From: Prevotella sp.
GTDB taxonomy: Bacteria > Bacteroidota > Bacteroidia > Bacteroidales > Bacteroidaceae
Direction of reading: 5' to 3'
Length of the DNA: 64,000 nt
Assembly (NCBI GenBank): GCA_045597685.1
Contig: JAZLKO010000008.1
Span: 3,097-67,096, forward strand
The number at the start of each line of letters is the position of its first letter. The stretch's first letter is position 1. This document shows, one piece after another, positions 19,415 through 28,402 of this stretch. The position numbers and the translations under genes were made by a program. The notes below the pieces were generated by a model. It was given only the letters and a program-made list of their open reading frames with translations, did not search any database and had not been told where the DNA came from.

Positions 19415-20530
19415 ATGAAAGATTATATTGTATCTGCTCGGAAATATCGTCCAATGACCTTTGAAAGTGTGGTTGGGCAAGAGGCGTTGACTACTACGCT
19501 CAAGAATGCCGTTGTTTCAGGCAAGTTGGCTCATGCTTATCTGTTTTGTGGTCCACGTGGAGTCGGCAAAACCACTTGTGCACGAATTTTTGCAAAATCC
19601 ATCAATTGTTTCAATCCTGCAAGTGATGGCGAGGCTTGCAATGAATGCGAAAGCTGTGTGGCTTTCAACGAACAACGCTCATACAACATTGTAGAACTCG
19701 ACGCAGCGAGCAATAATTCTGTCGAGAACATCAAGGCATTAATCGAACAGACTCGCATTCCGCCACAGGTGGGTAAGTACAAGGTGTTTATTATCGACGA
19801 GGTGCACATGCTTTCCGCAAATGCTTTCAATGCTTTCCTTAAAACGTTGGAAGAGCCAAATCCAAATGTAATCTTCATCCTTGCCACAACCGAGAAACAA
19901 AAAATCTTGCCAACGATTCTCAGCCGTTGCCAGATTTATGATTTTGAACGCATGTCGGTGCAGAATATTATCAACCATTTGGAATCCATCTGCACAAAGG
20001 AAAATGTGGCATACGAAGTCGAGGCTTTGGAACTGATTGCCGAAAAGGCTGACGGGGGAATGCGCGATGCTTTGTCAATCCTCGACCAGACCATAAGCTT
20101 CTGCCAGGGTAAGATAACCTACGAAAAAGTCCTCGAAGACTTAAACATTCTCGACGCAGAAAACTATTTCAAGATAGTTGATTTAAGTCTTGAAAACAAG
20201 GTTGGTGAGGTAATGATTCTGCTCAACAACATCATAAATGCTGGTTTTGACGGGGGCAGACTCGTTGATGGATTAGCCTCGCATTGTCGTAACCTGTTGA
20301 TGGCTAAAGATGATTCCACACTGCCGCTGTTGGAATGTAGCGAAAAAATGCGACAGCGTTATAGCGAACAAGCCAAGAGATGCCCAGTGAAATTCTTGTA
20401 TCAGTCATTGAAGATAATGAATGATTGCGACATTAATTATCGTTCAAGTCATAACAAACGCTTGCTTGTTGAATTGACTTTGATACAAGTGGCTCAAGTT
20501 ACGCAAGAGGGTGAAGCCTCCTTTCCCTAA
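19415..20530 (+). CDS. dnaX: DNA polymerase III gamma/tau, clamp-loader ATPase part (371 aa)
   Basis: ARKYRP, GPRGVGKTT, ELDAASNNSV, IIDEVHML, SRCQ; stops at TCC TTT CCC TAA. Confidence 0.95.
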   Translation: MKDYIVSARKYRPMTFESVVGQEALTTTLKNAVVSGKLAHAYLFCGPRGVGKTTCARIFAKSINCFNPASDGEACNECESCVAFNEQRSYNIVELDAASNNSVENIKALIEQTRIPPQVGKYKVFIIDEVHMLSANAFNAFLKTLEEPNPNVIFILATTEKQKILPTILSRCQIYDFERMSVQNIINHLESICTKENVAYEVEALELIAEKADGGMRDALSILDQTISFCQGKITYEKVLEDLNILDAENYFKIVDLSLENKVGEVMILLNNIINAGFDGGRLVDGLASHCRNLLMAKDDSTLPLLECSEKMRQRYSEQAKRCPVKFLYQSLKIMNDCDINYRSSHNKRLLVELTLIQVAQVTQEGEASFP

Positions 20531-21152
20531 GTTAAAACAGCTCTTTGATTTCACCGTCTCAGCCATACGTCAGCAGACTGCTGGCAACAAGCCTGAATTG
20601 CCGAAGACTCCAGCAATAGTTGCAACTACTCATGTCGCGTCTAATAATAATCCACAACATTCAGAAGTAAAGCGTCCTGCATTAAAGCTGTCGGCAATAG
20701 GCACATCAGCAAGTGCCATATTGGAACGTCGTTATGGCAATAAAGTCGTTGCTTCATCAAATACAGAACAAGCAGAACATGAATCTCAGTCGTTTACTTT
20801 GGAGGATTTGCGCCGCAATTGGATAATAATGTGCAACAACATGCCAGAATGCGATGCTGCCAATGCCGAACGCATGAAAAGCATGGATGTTCATATTACC
20901 ATTTTCCCAGAAGTCATGGTAACGATAACCAACAGCATTTTGGAAAAATACATGTTGCAGATTAAGAGCAACATCGAAGCCACGCTGAAAAGACTGCTGC
21001 ACAATGATGACATCAAGGTGTCGTATCATTTGGCCGCCAACGAAGAACTGAAGGGTAAAGGCCTGACACAACGAGAAATCATGGCAATTCTCTACAAGAC
21101 CAACCCCGCAATAGCACGACTGAACAATTTCTTCAATTTCGAAATCCTCTAA
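20511..21152 (+). CDS. dnaX: Tau C-terminal region in the +1 frame relative to dnaX
   Basis: Low-complexity linker, then FTLEDL..W...KTNPAIARL..FNFEIL, resembling the Bacteroidales DnaX C-terminus as I recall it; overlaps the upstream ORF by 20 nt. Confidence 0.75.
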   Translation: MKPPFPKLKQLFDFTVSAIRQQTAGNKPELPKTPAIVATTHVASNNNPQHSEVKRPALKLSAIGTSASAILERRYGNKVVASSNTEQAEHESQSFTLEDLRRNWIIMCNNMPECDAANAERMKSMDVHITIFPEVMVTITNSILEKYMLQIKSNIEATLKRLLHNDDIKVSYHLAANEELKGKGLTQREIMAILYKTNPAIARLNNFFNFEIL

Positions 21153-21156
21153 CCCC

Positions 21157-21220
21157 TATTGCTATCTATTGAAATCTATTGCTATCTATTGCTATCTATT
21201 GAAATCTATTCCCAACTATT
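21157..21220 (+). repeat. Decamer tandem array
   Basis: CTATTGCTAT/CTATTGAAAT x5 plus degenerate copies. Confidence 0.9.
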
Positions 21221-21228
21221 ACTCCCCC

Positions 21229-22656
21229 ATGAACTATCGTAAATTATTTTTTCTCGTTTTCGCCTTTGCAGTAAGCAGTTTATCTGCTAACAACGTAAAA
21301 GATTTTGGAGCCAAAGGCGATGGTGTTTCTCTCGACCATAAAGCCATCGATGCAGCCATCAACGATTGTGCTGCTTATGGCGGTGGCACGGTAACAGTCC
21401 CTGTAGGAACATACCTTTGTGGCACCATACATCTCAAGAGCAACGTAAACCTCTACTTAGAGTCAGGAGCAAAGATCCTTGCAGCACCAGCATCGATGAA
21501 TGCCTACGATGCACCAGAAGTTTTCGATGGCGTGGCTTATCAGGATGGTGGCCACACTTATTTCCATAATTCACTTATTTGGGCAGAAAATGAAGAAAAC
21601 ATCTCCATCACCGGACGTGGAATGATTGATGGTGAAGGACTGACCACACGCGATACAGACAATGGCGGCATCTTGCAAGGAGGAAATGTTGGCACGGGCG
21701 ATAAGGCTATTGCTTTTAAAAATTGCAAGAATATTCTTCTTCGCGACATTACTATTTACAGAGGTGGACATTTTGCTGTCATCATCACAGGTTGCGACAT
21801 AGGAACTATCGACAACCTTACCATTGATACAAACCGTGACGGAATAGACATCGACTGCTGCAAATACATCACCGTTTCCAATACAAAGGTGAACAGCCCG
21901 AATGATGATGGTATTGTTCTAAAGAGCTCATACGCTCTCAAGCGCCCTGTGCTTTGCGAGAATATTATGATTACTAATTGCTTGGTATCAGGCTATAAGT
22001 TAGGCACTTTCCTCGACCGCACATACGTGCCAGCAAAGGTAAATTGGGTTTGCGGCAGAATTAAGTTAGGCACAGAAAGCAATGGCGGTTACAGAAACAT
22101 TGCCATTTCCAACTGCACTTGCATCTACAGCAGCGGACTGGCTTTTGAAGAAGTTGACCAAGGCAAGATGGAGAATATTGTCGTGAGCAATATCTCTTTG
22201 AGCCACGTGCATCATTATCCTATCTACATAACCACAGGCTGCCGCAATCGTGGACCGAAGGAGGTTACCACACCATCAACAGGCAGAAACATCAGCATTA
22301 CCAATGTCATCGCCGATGATGTGGATTCCTTGGCAGGTATAATCATCACTGGCATGAAAGACGTGCCATTGCGTGATATTGCCTTGAGCAACATTCAGAT
22401 TGAATATCGCGGAGGCGGTACGGCTGATTTGGCTAATCGTGAATATCGCGAACAGGGTACCAACTATCCAGAACCACGCTGGGCAGGTCCTACACCAGCC
22501 TACGGAATGTTTGTCCGCCACGTTGACGGACTCTCTGTTAGCAACGTGAAGTTCACAACAAAAAAGGCAGACTCTCGTCCGCCTGTTATCCTCGATGATG
22601 TCACCAACTGGAAAATAGAAGACCTCTATACTCCATCTGGCAAATGGACACCATAA
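21229..22656 (+). CDS. GH28-like pectin-degrading glycoside hydrolase (parallel beta-helix)
   Basis: Signal peptide, NVKDFGAKGDG, NRDGIDID, DDGIVLKS, IKLGTES. Confidence 0.88.
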   Translation: MNYRKLFFLVFAFAVSSLSANNVKDFGAKGDGVSLDHKAIDAAINDCAAYGGGTVTVPVGTYLCGTIHLKSNVNLYLESGAKILAAPASMNAYDAPEVFDGVAYQDGGHTYFHNSLIWAENEENISITGRGMIDGEGLTTRDTDNGGILQGGNVGTGDKAIAFKNCKNILLRDITIYRGGHFAVIITGCDIGTIDNLTIDTNRDGIDIDCCKYITVSNTKVNSPNDDGIVLKSSYALKRPVLCENIMITNCLVSGYKLGTFLDRTYVPAKVNWVCGRIKLGTESNGGYRNIAISNCTCIYSSGLAFEEVDQGKMENIVVSNISLSHVHHYPIYITTGCRNRGPKEVTTPSTGRNISITNVIADDVDSLAGIIITGMKDVPLRDIALSNIQIEYRGGGTADLANREYREQGTNYPEPRWAGPTPAYGMFVRHVDGLSVSNVKFTTKKADSRPPVILDDVTNWKIEDLYTPSGKWTP

Positions 22657-22700
22657 TCTGCACACCCCAAGGAAATCTTCAATGTCCAAAGTAAAGTTTG

Positions 22701-22750
22701 AACTATCTCAAACTATCCGCTACTATTCCAAACTATCTCGCACTATTCCT
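22701..22750 (+). repeat. Degenerate decamer array (ACTAT periodicity)
   Basis: AACTATCTCA AACTATCCGC TACTATTCCA AACTATCTCG CACTATTCC. Confidence 0.75.
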
Positions 22751-22754
22751 TCGG

Positions 22755-24926
22755 TTATCGGGCTATGTATTTTTTTCCGTTTATGATGTAAATCTGTCCG
22801 CTCTGGATACTCGTCACCTTCTGTCCCTGCAGGTTATAGATGTTTTCGTCATCGTTTTGAGCTCGCCCTGAGCCTGTCGAAGGGTTATCGTACGAAGTTA
22901 TTCCCATTGGCTCATCATCACCAAACACAGTCATGTCAACAAATTCCTTGGCACTGGTTGCTGGATTATAGTATGGTCCGTCTCTTCTTGTGGAAATATT
23001 CAGTCTGAATCGCATTGGACGTAACTCCACTCCTTCGCCCATCTTCTGGAATACACCATTCAAGTTCAGCGTGTAGCAGTCATTGAAGTACTTTGACTCG
23101 TAGTTGCCCGTGAAGGTGAAGTCCTCGTATGAAGACTGGTCGGTGAACGAGGTCTCGTTTGTTGACTTTAGGCTTAATCCATTAAACTCAAGGTTCACAT
23201 TCTTATTCTCAACATCCTTCCCGATTCGGACAACGTAAGGCGTGTTGGCTTTCAAGGTTCCCTCTGTCATCTTCTTGAATGCCACAATGGTTTCGCTCTT
23301 TTCGTTGAGCAGTATGCCTGCTATCTCGGCTGCGTCGATACCATTCTCCTTCAGTATATCTAACGGAGCATTGAAAGGCACGAACCAGCATTGCCAGTTG
23401 CCTGCCGATAAGGTGAAATCGCGGGTGTAGGTCAGGTCGATGTTTCCAACGGTTCCCTTAGTCACAATATGTTTGATATTTTCGTTCAGGACAAGGATGT
23501 CTCCACTTTTCAGATACCTGTTCTCTTCAGTATTATCTGCATTCACGATATGCAGGTTTGGTTCTATGATGCTTTTAAAAGTTTTCCAATAGTTTTTTTC
23601 TCCATAGAGTTTTGTCGTCCCATAAGGAACGTACAGGTCGCATTGATAATAAGGGAATTGATCCGCTTCCAAGCCTGGTATTTCGTAAGCATCCGTCCAT
23701 TCTACAAAAACACTTTTCAGACCTACGCCACGGAATGCCATGTGACCAATTGATTCCAGTGATTCCGGGAGTGTGATGCTTGCCAAACTTGGACAGTAAA
23801 AGAAAACTTGCTCTCCAATCGATTTCAAAGAATTTGGCAATATGACGCTTGCCAAGCTGGAACAATTATAAAAAGCATAGTCTCCTATTGATGTCACCGC
23901 TTCAGGGAGTCTGATGCTTACCAAACTTTGACATGCATTGAAAGTATAATTCTCAATCGATGTTACTGATTCAGGGATTTCGATGCTTGCCAAACTACTA
24001 CAATTATCGAAAGCCTTCTCTCCTATCGATAGCAAAGACTTAGGCAATCCGATGCTCACCAAACCCGAACAGTCTTCGAAAGCAGAGTATCCAATCGAAG
24101 TCACAGATTCAGGTATTCTGATGCTCGTCAACTTGGAGCATTCATGAAAAGATTTTTCCCCAATCGTGCTTATGTCGCCATCAAACGTGATAATGCCTTT
24201 CCCATCCTCGTATGTGCTTGACAGATATTCTGCACCGAACATCACTTTCTGTGTGTAAGTTGGTGTTATCGGTTGACCATTTGATGATGTGTACCAAATC
24301 TGGTTGAACGGAATGTGTACATTGATGCTCTTGAACGTCTTCCAGTAGTTTTTGCCGGAATAGATGTTCGTTGTTCCCTCAGGGACATACAGATTGCATG
24401 TTTCATAAGGGAAAGAACCACTGGTCAGGCTTGGTATCTTGTTGGCATCTGTCCATGCCACGATGACACTTTTCAAGCTGGAGCAATCACAGAAAGCATT
24501 AGCTCCAATCGATGCCACGGATTCAGGGATTCTGAGGCTTGTAAGACCTATGCACCATTGAAAAGCAGACTCTCCAATCGATTTCACGGCTTTAGGAATT
24601 TCAATGCCTGTCAAGCCAGAACAGCCACCAAAGGCAGCCAATCCAATCGAAGTCACGGTTTCGGGAATCTGGATGCTCGTCAAAGTTGAACAACTTGTGA
24701 AAGCACCTTGCCCAATCGTAGTTACCGCACCCTCAAACGTGATAACGCCTTTCCCGTTGATGTATGTGTTTGACAGATATCCTGCACCGAAAACATCATA
24801 ATTCGACAGTTCTATCCGTTCACCATTTGATGTTGTGTACCAAATTTCAGTATTAGGAATGACTTCTGCTTCCGCTCCAATGCTTATCATCCCGAACAAG
24901 CAGAGTAGAGTAAAAAAAATTTTCAT
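22755..24926 (-). CDS. BspA-type leucine-rich repeat surface protein with probable T9SS C-terminal signal
   Basis: Repeated IPESVTSIGxxAFxxCxSL; ends IYNLQGQKV...GQIYIINGKKY. Confidence 0.9.
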   Translation of the reverse strand: MKIFFTLLCLFGMISIGAEAEVIPNTEIWYTTSNGERIELSNYDVFGAGYLSNTYINGKGVITFEGAVTTIGQGAFTSCSTLTSIQIPETVTSIGLAAFGGCSGLTGIEIPKAVKSIGESAFQWCIGLTSLRIPESVASIGANAFCDCSSLKSVIVAWTDANKIPSLTSGSFPYETCNLYVPEGTTNIYSGKNYWKTFKSINVHIPFNQIWYTSSNGQPITPTYTQKVMFGAEYLSSTYEDGKGIITFDGDISTIGEKSFHECSKLTSIRIPESVTSIGYSAFEDCSGLVSIGLPKSLLSIGEKAFDNCSSLASIEIPESVTSIENYTFNACQSLVSIRLPEAVTSIGDYAFYNCSSLASVILPNSLKSIGEQVFFYCPSLASITLPESLESIGHMAFRGVGLKSVFVEWTDAYEIPGLEADQFPYYQCDLYVPYGTTKLYGEKNYWKTFKSIIEPNLHIVNADNTEENRYLKSGDILVLNENIKHIVTKGTVGNIDLTYTRDFTLSAGNWQCWFVPFNAPLDILKENGIDAAEIAGILLNEKSETIVAFKKMTEGTLKANTPYVVRIGKDVENKNVNLEFNGLSLKSTNETSFTDQSSYEDFTFTGNYESKYFNDCYTLNLNGVFQKMGEGVELRPMRFRLNISTRRDGPYYNPATSAKEFVDMTVFGDDEPMGITSYDNPSTGSGRAQNDDENIYNLQGQKVTSIQSGQIYIINGKKYIAR
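22866..22884. repeat. REP-like element CCCTGAGCCTGTCGAAGGG inside the LRR gene
   Basis: Near-identical to 4148-4164; read as PSTGSG in the protein. Confidence 0.7.
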
Positions 24927-25019
24927 AACAATTATGTTTTCGCAATTTGTGTGCAAAGATAGAAAAAAAACTACATTAATGAATTAAAAATTAATAGTTA
25001 AAAATTAATAATTCATCTT

Positions 25020-25198
25020 ATTTAACAATTGACAACTGACGACAAACCGAGTGCAATCAAATTTATTTGAATTGCCAAGGTGCGGAGGAAGAAAAGCCGC
25101 GAAGCGGATTAATTGCCAATTGATAATTGACAATAGGAGTTAAGAAGTTAAAGGAGTTAAGACATGAGCCTTGAGTCAGAGTCAGTAGTCAAAGCATC
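25020..25198. repeat. Chain of short repeats at the left island boundary
   Basis: CAATTGA heptamers, a CCGAGTGCAATCAAATTTATTTGAATTGCC element, GGAGTTAA x3, GACATGAGCCTTG, AGTCAG repeats; octamer-onward order matches 9680-9860. Confidence 0.8.
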
Positions 25199-25240
25199 AC
25201 CTGCGAACAGACATTTGCCCCCAGTATTTTTCCACTGACC
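25199..25240. repeat. Left copy of a 42-bp imperfect inverted repeat (partner 51194-51235)
   Basis: 39/42 match to the reverse complement of 51194-51235. Confidence 0.85.
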
Positions 25241-25297
25241 CCAAAAAGCCATTCAATGAATAAGATCAAATGTATTAAGCAAGTTATAATTTCTCTA

Positions 25298-25384
25298 TCA
25301 AATCGGCCTGCAATATATTTTCACCTTTCCGTTCCAACTTTTGTTTTCTAATTGCTGTATGTAGTGTTGACGATCAATAACCAT
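25298..25384 (-). pseudogene. 5' stub of an AAA-family ATPase gene
   Basis: MVIDRQHYIQQLENKSWNGKVKI matches the stub at 48857 in 13 of 23 residues; homology stops before Walker A. Confidence 0.7.
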
Positions 25385-25619
25385 ATCACTTCAAATTTAG
25401 TCACATATTCCACCTTTTTTGTATTAATTCGCGCTGCAAAAATACTATGCTATCTCCTAAATTCCAAGGAGTATCATAGATTTTTAGTAAATTTTATAAT
25501 ATTTTATCTTTGTATTCGCATATTTGTAACTGCTCAGCGTTTTTTACACGGAAATTGTAAATCGCAAATAACTACTCAGTTAACTCGCATTGAGGGCGAT
25601 CAATGTACTACTATTGTCT

Positions 25620-25690
25620 TAACTCCTCTAACTTCTTAACTCCTTAACTCCTTGTGAGTTTCGAAAGTTTGAAAAACTTGCGAAAGCTCC
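25620..25690. repeat. Reverse-complement copy of the octamer block
   Basis: TTAACTCC repeats plus GAGTTTCGAAAGTTTGAAAAACTTG, the reverse complement of the 9685-9730 block. Confidence 0.8.
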
Positions 25691-25712
25691 AGTGTAACAA
25701 CTCAGCTATTTT

Positions 25713-26199
25713 AAAAAGGGTGAGTAGTTACAAAGAAGCCTTATCTAAGGGATATCTAAGGGACAACAAAGGGTAACATCCTTAGATATCCCTTAGATAT
25801 CCCTTAGATATGCCTGCGACAAGGTGCGAAAACGGTTCAGTGGAAAAATAAACAATTCAAAAGCTTCGCAAGTGTGACTGGAAGACACTAAAGCCTCGTA
25901 GTGGATTAATACAGAACGTCACCACTTGCTTCTGGGTAGAGGCCAGTACCTTGTTGCGAGGTAGTGCCCTCTATGCACGTGTACTTGTTGGTTGCCATAT
26001 TCTGAGGGCGCTGCCCCCAGTTACTGACCGCTCGCTACGCTCGCTGTATCGCCTTCCAGGCGAATATAAGGTAACATGTATCAGTTACTCCTGCGCCATA
26101 AATAGCAAATGTCCAAGAACCGACTAAAGTCGATGATGTCTTTTGATCTTATTGAACATACTGCGTTTTGCATGTGAGCCAAAAAGGGTGAGTAGTTAC
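25713..26199 (+). repeat. 19-bp direct repeat AAAAAGGGTGAGTAGTTAC (25713-25731 and 26181-26199)
   Basis: Exact match; the first copy also pairs with GTAACAACTCA at 25694-25704. Confidence 0.85.
25742..25810. repeat. 22-bp perfect inverted repeat built from 11-mer tandem units
   Basis: TATCTAAGGGA x2 (25742-25763) versus TCCCTTAGATA x2 (25789-25810). Confidence 0.92.
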
Positions 26200-26289
26200 G
26201 TTTTTAGTGAATAAAATATAAAAAACGTTAATTTTTTAATGAAGAATCGTCTGCTTGTTATACCTTTGCGCAAATTTTCGCTATTTGAT

Positions 26290-27186
26290 ATGAAAAGAAT
26301 GTTGGTTTTTATGCTTGCATTTGTAGTATTACTCTCATGCAGCATATCGTCTCAGGCTGTTATAATAGCAGATTCTCTAAATCTGAAAATTCACTTTAGA
26401 GTGAATTCTTCACAGATTGACATGACTTATCTTAATAATCGGAAGCTGCTCAGCGAGTTTATTTCAGAGATGAAAAAAGTAATGTCCGACCCATCGTGTC
26501 ATATAAATAATGTGGTCATACATTCCAGAGCATCTCTTGAGGGTGGTAATGAGAATAATCAGGAGCTTAGTCTCAAGCGTGGTGTAAATTTAATGTTATA
26601 CCTTCAAAGTGCGCTATCTCTTCCTGCAAAAACATTTGTATTAGATGCTGTAGGAGAGGACTGGGCGGAATTCAGAAATATTGTTGAGAAAAACAATATA
26701 CCTGATAGAGCAGACATACTGGATGTTCTCGACAGATACCAGAAATACCTGGATGGTGAACAGACCTTTGTTTATGGTGATCCGAAGAAAGATCTGATGG
26801 ACCTGAATGGAGGACGTACCTGGAAGTGGCTTATGGAATATGTGTTTCCGGAATTGCGCAGCACTGGCAACAATACAGTCTGCAGGTTCACTCGTGATGT
26901 TAAACCGATAGGTTACGCTGCAGAAAGAGTCTGTGACACAGTGGTTGTTATCCATAAGTATGTTATCGAGGTTGATTCCACAAAGATATCAAAAAATACT
27001 CCTTTGAAGGTGGAGATTGTGATACCTGGCGAAGTTGATACATCTAATAGTAATCAGATTAAAGTGGGCAACACAATCATTGATACATCATCATTTGGGC
27101 CTAACGTTGAAGTGAGGTCGCCAAATGAGAAAAATGTCGATGTAACCGTTGATAATAAGGTAGTTCTCCCACGAAAAAGGGAGTAA
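26290..27186 (+). CDS. OmpA-like periplasmic-domain protein of the type V pilus locus
   Basis: Signal peptide, IHFRVNSSQID, RASLEG..NQELSLKRG, GEDW, VFPELR; similar to the region usually fused to DUF3575. Confidence 0.7.
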   Translation: MKRMLVFMLAFVVLLSCSISSQAVIIADSLNLKIHFRVNSSQIDMTYLNNRKLLSEFISEMKKVMSDPSCHINNVVIHSRASLEGGNENNQELSLKRGVNLMLYLQSALSLPAKTFVLDAVGEDWAEFRNIVEKNNIPDRADILDVLDRYQKYLDGEQTFVYGDPKKDLMDLNGGRTWKWLMEYVFPELRSTGNNTVCRFTRDVKPIGYAAERVCDTVVVIHKYVIEVDSTKISKNTPLKVEIVIPGEVDTSNSNQIKVGNTIIDTSSFGPNVEVRSPNEKNVDVTVDNKVVLPRKRE

Positions 27187-27460
27187 GATACTCTGCTATC
27201 CCAATAGGACTAATGATGGGATGCTTGTTACACGAGGGCTCGTGCCTCGCCTAATTTGTTCCATCCTTTCATGATTTAGTCAGAGTGGATTGTAGTTAAG
27301 TTTTGTTAAATTGCTGCAGAGAATAACAGTATTTAATTAAATATTGTTACCTTTGCGCCAATTTTCGCGCCATGTGCGCGCTCGCATGATAATAATATAT
27401 AATTATTCTTAATTCGCTAAAGGTAATAAGTTAGTCCTAACGGTATAAATAACCAACTGA

Positions 27461-28402
27461 ATGATGTCAGGTACGTGTTTTTTTCTTCATCTAAGAAAGC
27501 TTTTGTCTGAGATACGCAGTATTATCAGACCTTGTGCCGACTTTTTGATTTTTGCCACTGGGGGGGGTAAATCAAAAAGTGTTGGCATTTTCCGCCTGCC
27601 ATTCATTTTTGTCCTGCTTTTCTTCGCTACATCTTTAAGCGCTCAGACCATCTTGCGGTCTAAGGGTTCAAAGGATACAGTCTTCATATACAACAGCATC
27701 AAAATCAAGGTTAACGGTGATTCTGGAAACTCAGGAGTCAGTGGCGCATCTGTTAGCACTAACAAGGCTGCGCTTTCTGATTCGGTGCAGAAAAAGAAGA
27801 AGAAAGAAAAGATTATCGAGGAATTCGACAGAAAACTTATCTTCGCCTTGCGCAGCAACTTGTTGGTTCCATTTTTAAACGTGGGAGTACAGGTTCCTAT
27901 TGGAAACAGATTTTCAGTAGGTATTGATTGGTATTACCCTTTCATTCGCAGGGAATGGTCAGAAAACCTCGACCAGACCAACTGCTTCGAGGCACTTGGT
28001 CCTGGTGTTGACTTCCGCTACTATTTTGGTAAGAAACATTCAAAAGGCCGTGAGAACTGGCTCTACCGCCTCTCTGGGCATTCTGTGGGAGTGTTCGGCA
28101 TGTTCGGCAGATACGACTGGGAAAGGGAGTTCTGGGGGCATCAGGCAAACTTCGTAAATGTGGGAGTGGACTATATGTGGTCGTCGAGAATAGGTAAGAA
28201 GAAGCGTATGCGTCTCGACATGAGCATAGGAGTAGGAGGTTTCTTCTCTCATGGCACGGAATATCATGTGTTCCGTCCGAAAGGACTTGCCTACAGAACA
28301 GGAAAGAAGAAGAACATCACGTGGATTGGTCCCAACAAGGCAACCATCTCACTGGTGATTCCAATATATACTAAAATAAGGAAGAAAGCGGTAAATGAAT
28401 AA
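27461..28402 (+). CDS. DUF3575 outer-membrane beta-barrel protein
   Basis: FALRSNLL, GHSVGVFG..YD, LDMSIGVGG, WIGPNKATISL; start codon uncertain. Confidence 0.85.
   Translation: MMSGTCFFLHLRKLLSEIRSIIRPCADFLIFATGGGKSKSVGIFRLPFIFVLLFFATSLSAQTILRSKGSKDTVFIYNSIKIKVNGDSGNSGVSGASVSTNKAALSDSVQKKKKKEKIIEEFDRKLIFALRSNLLVPFLNVGVQVPIGNRFSVGIDWYYPFIRREWSENLDQTNCFEALGPGVDFRYYFGKKHSKGRENWLYRLSGHSVGVFGMFGRYDWEREFWGHQANFVNVGVDYMWSSRIGKKKRMRLDMSIGVGGFFSHGTEYHVFRPKGLAYRTGKKKNITWIGPNKATISLVIPIYTKIRKKAVNE

Noticed and set aside
25000-26230. Possible CRISPR array or DGR template repeat in the long non-coding region
   Set aside because: No regularly spaced repeat-spacer units, no cas genes, and no AAC-rich copy of any CLec variable segment.
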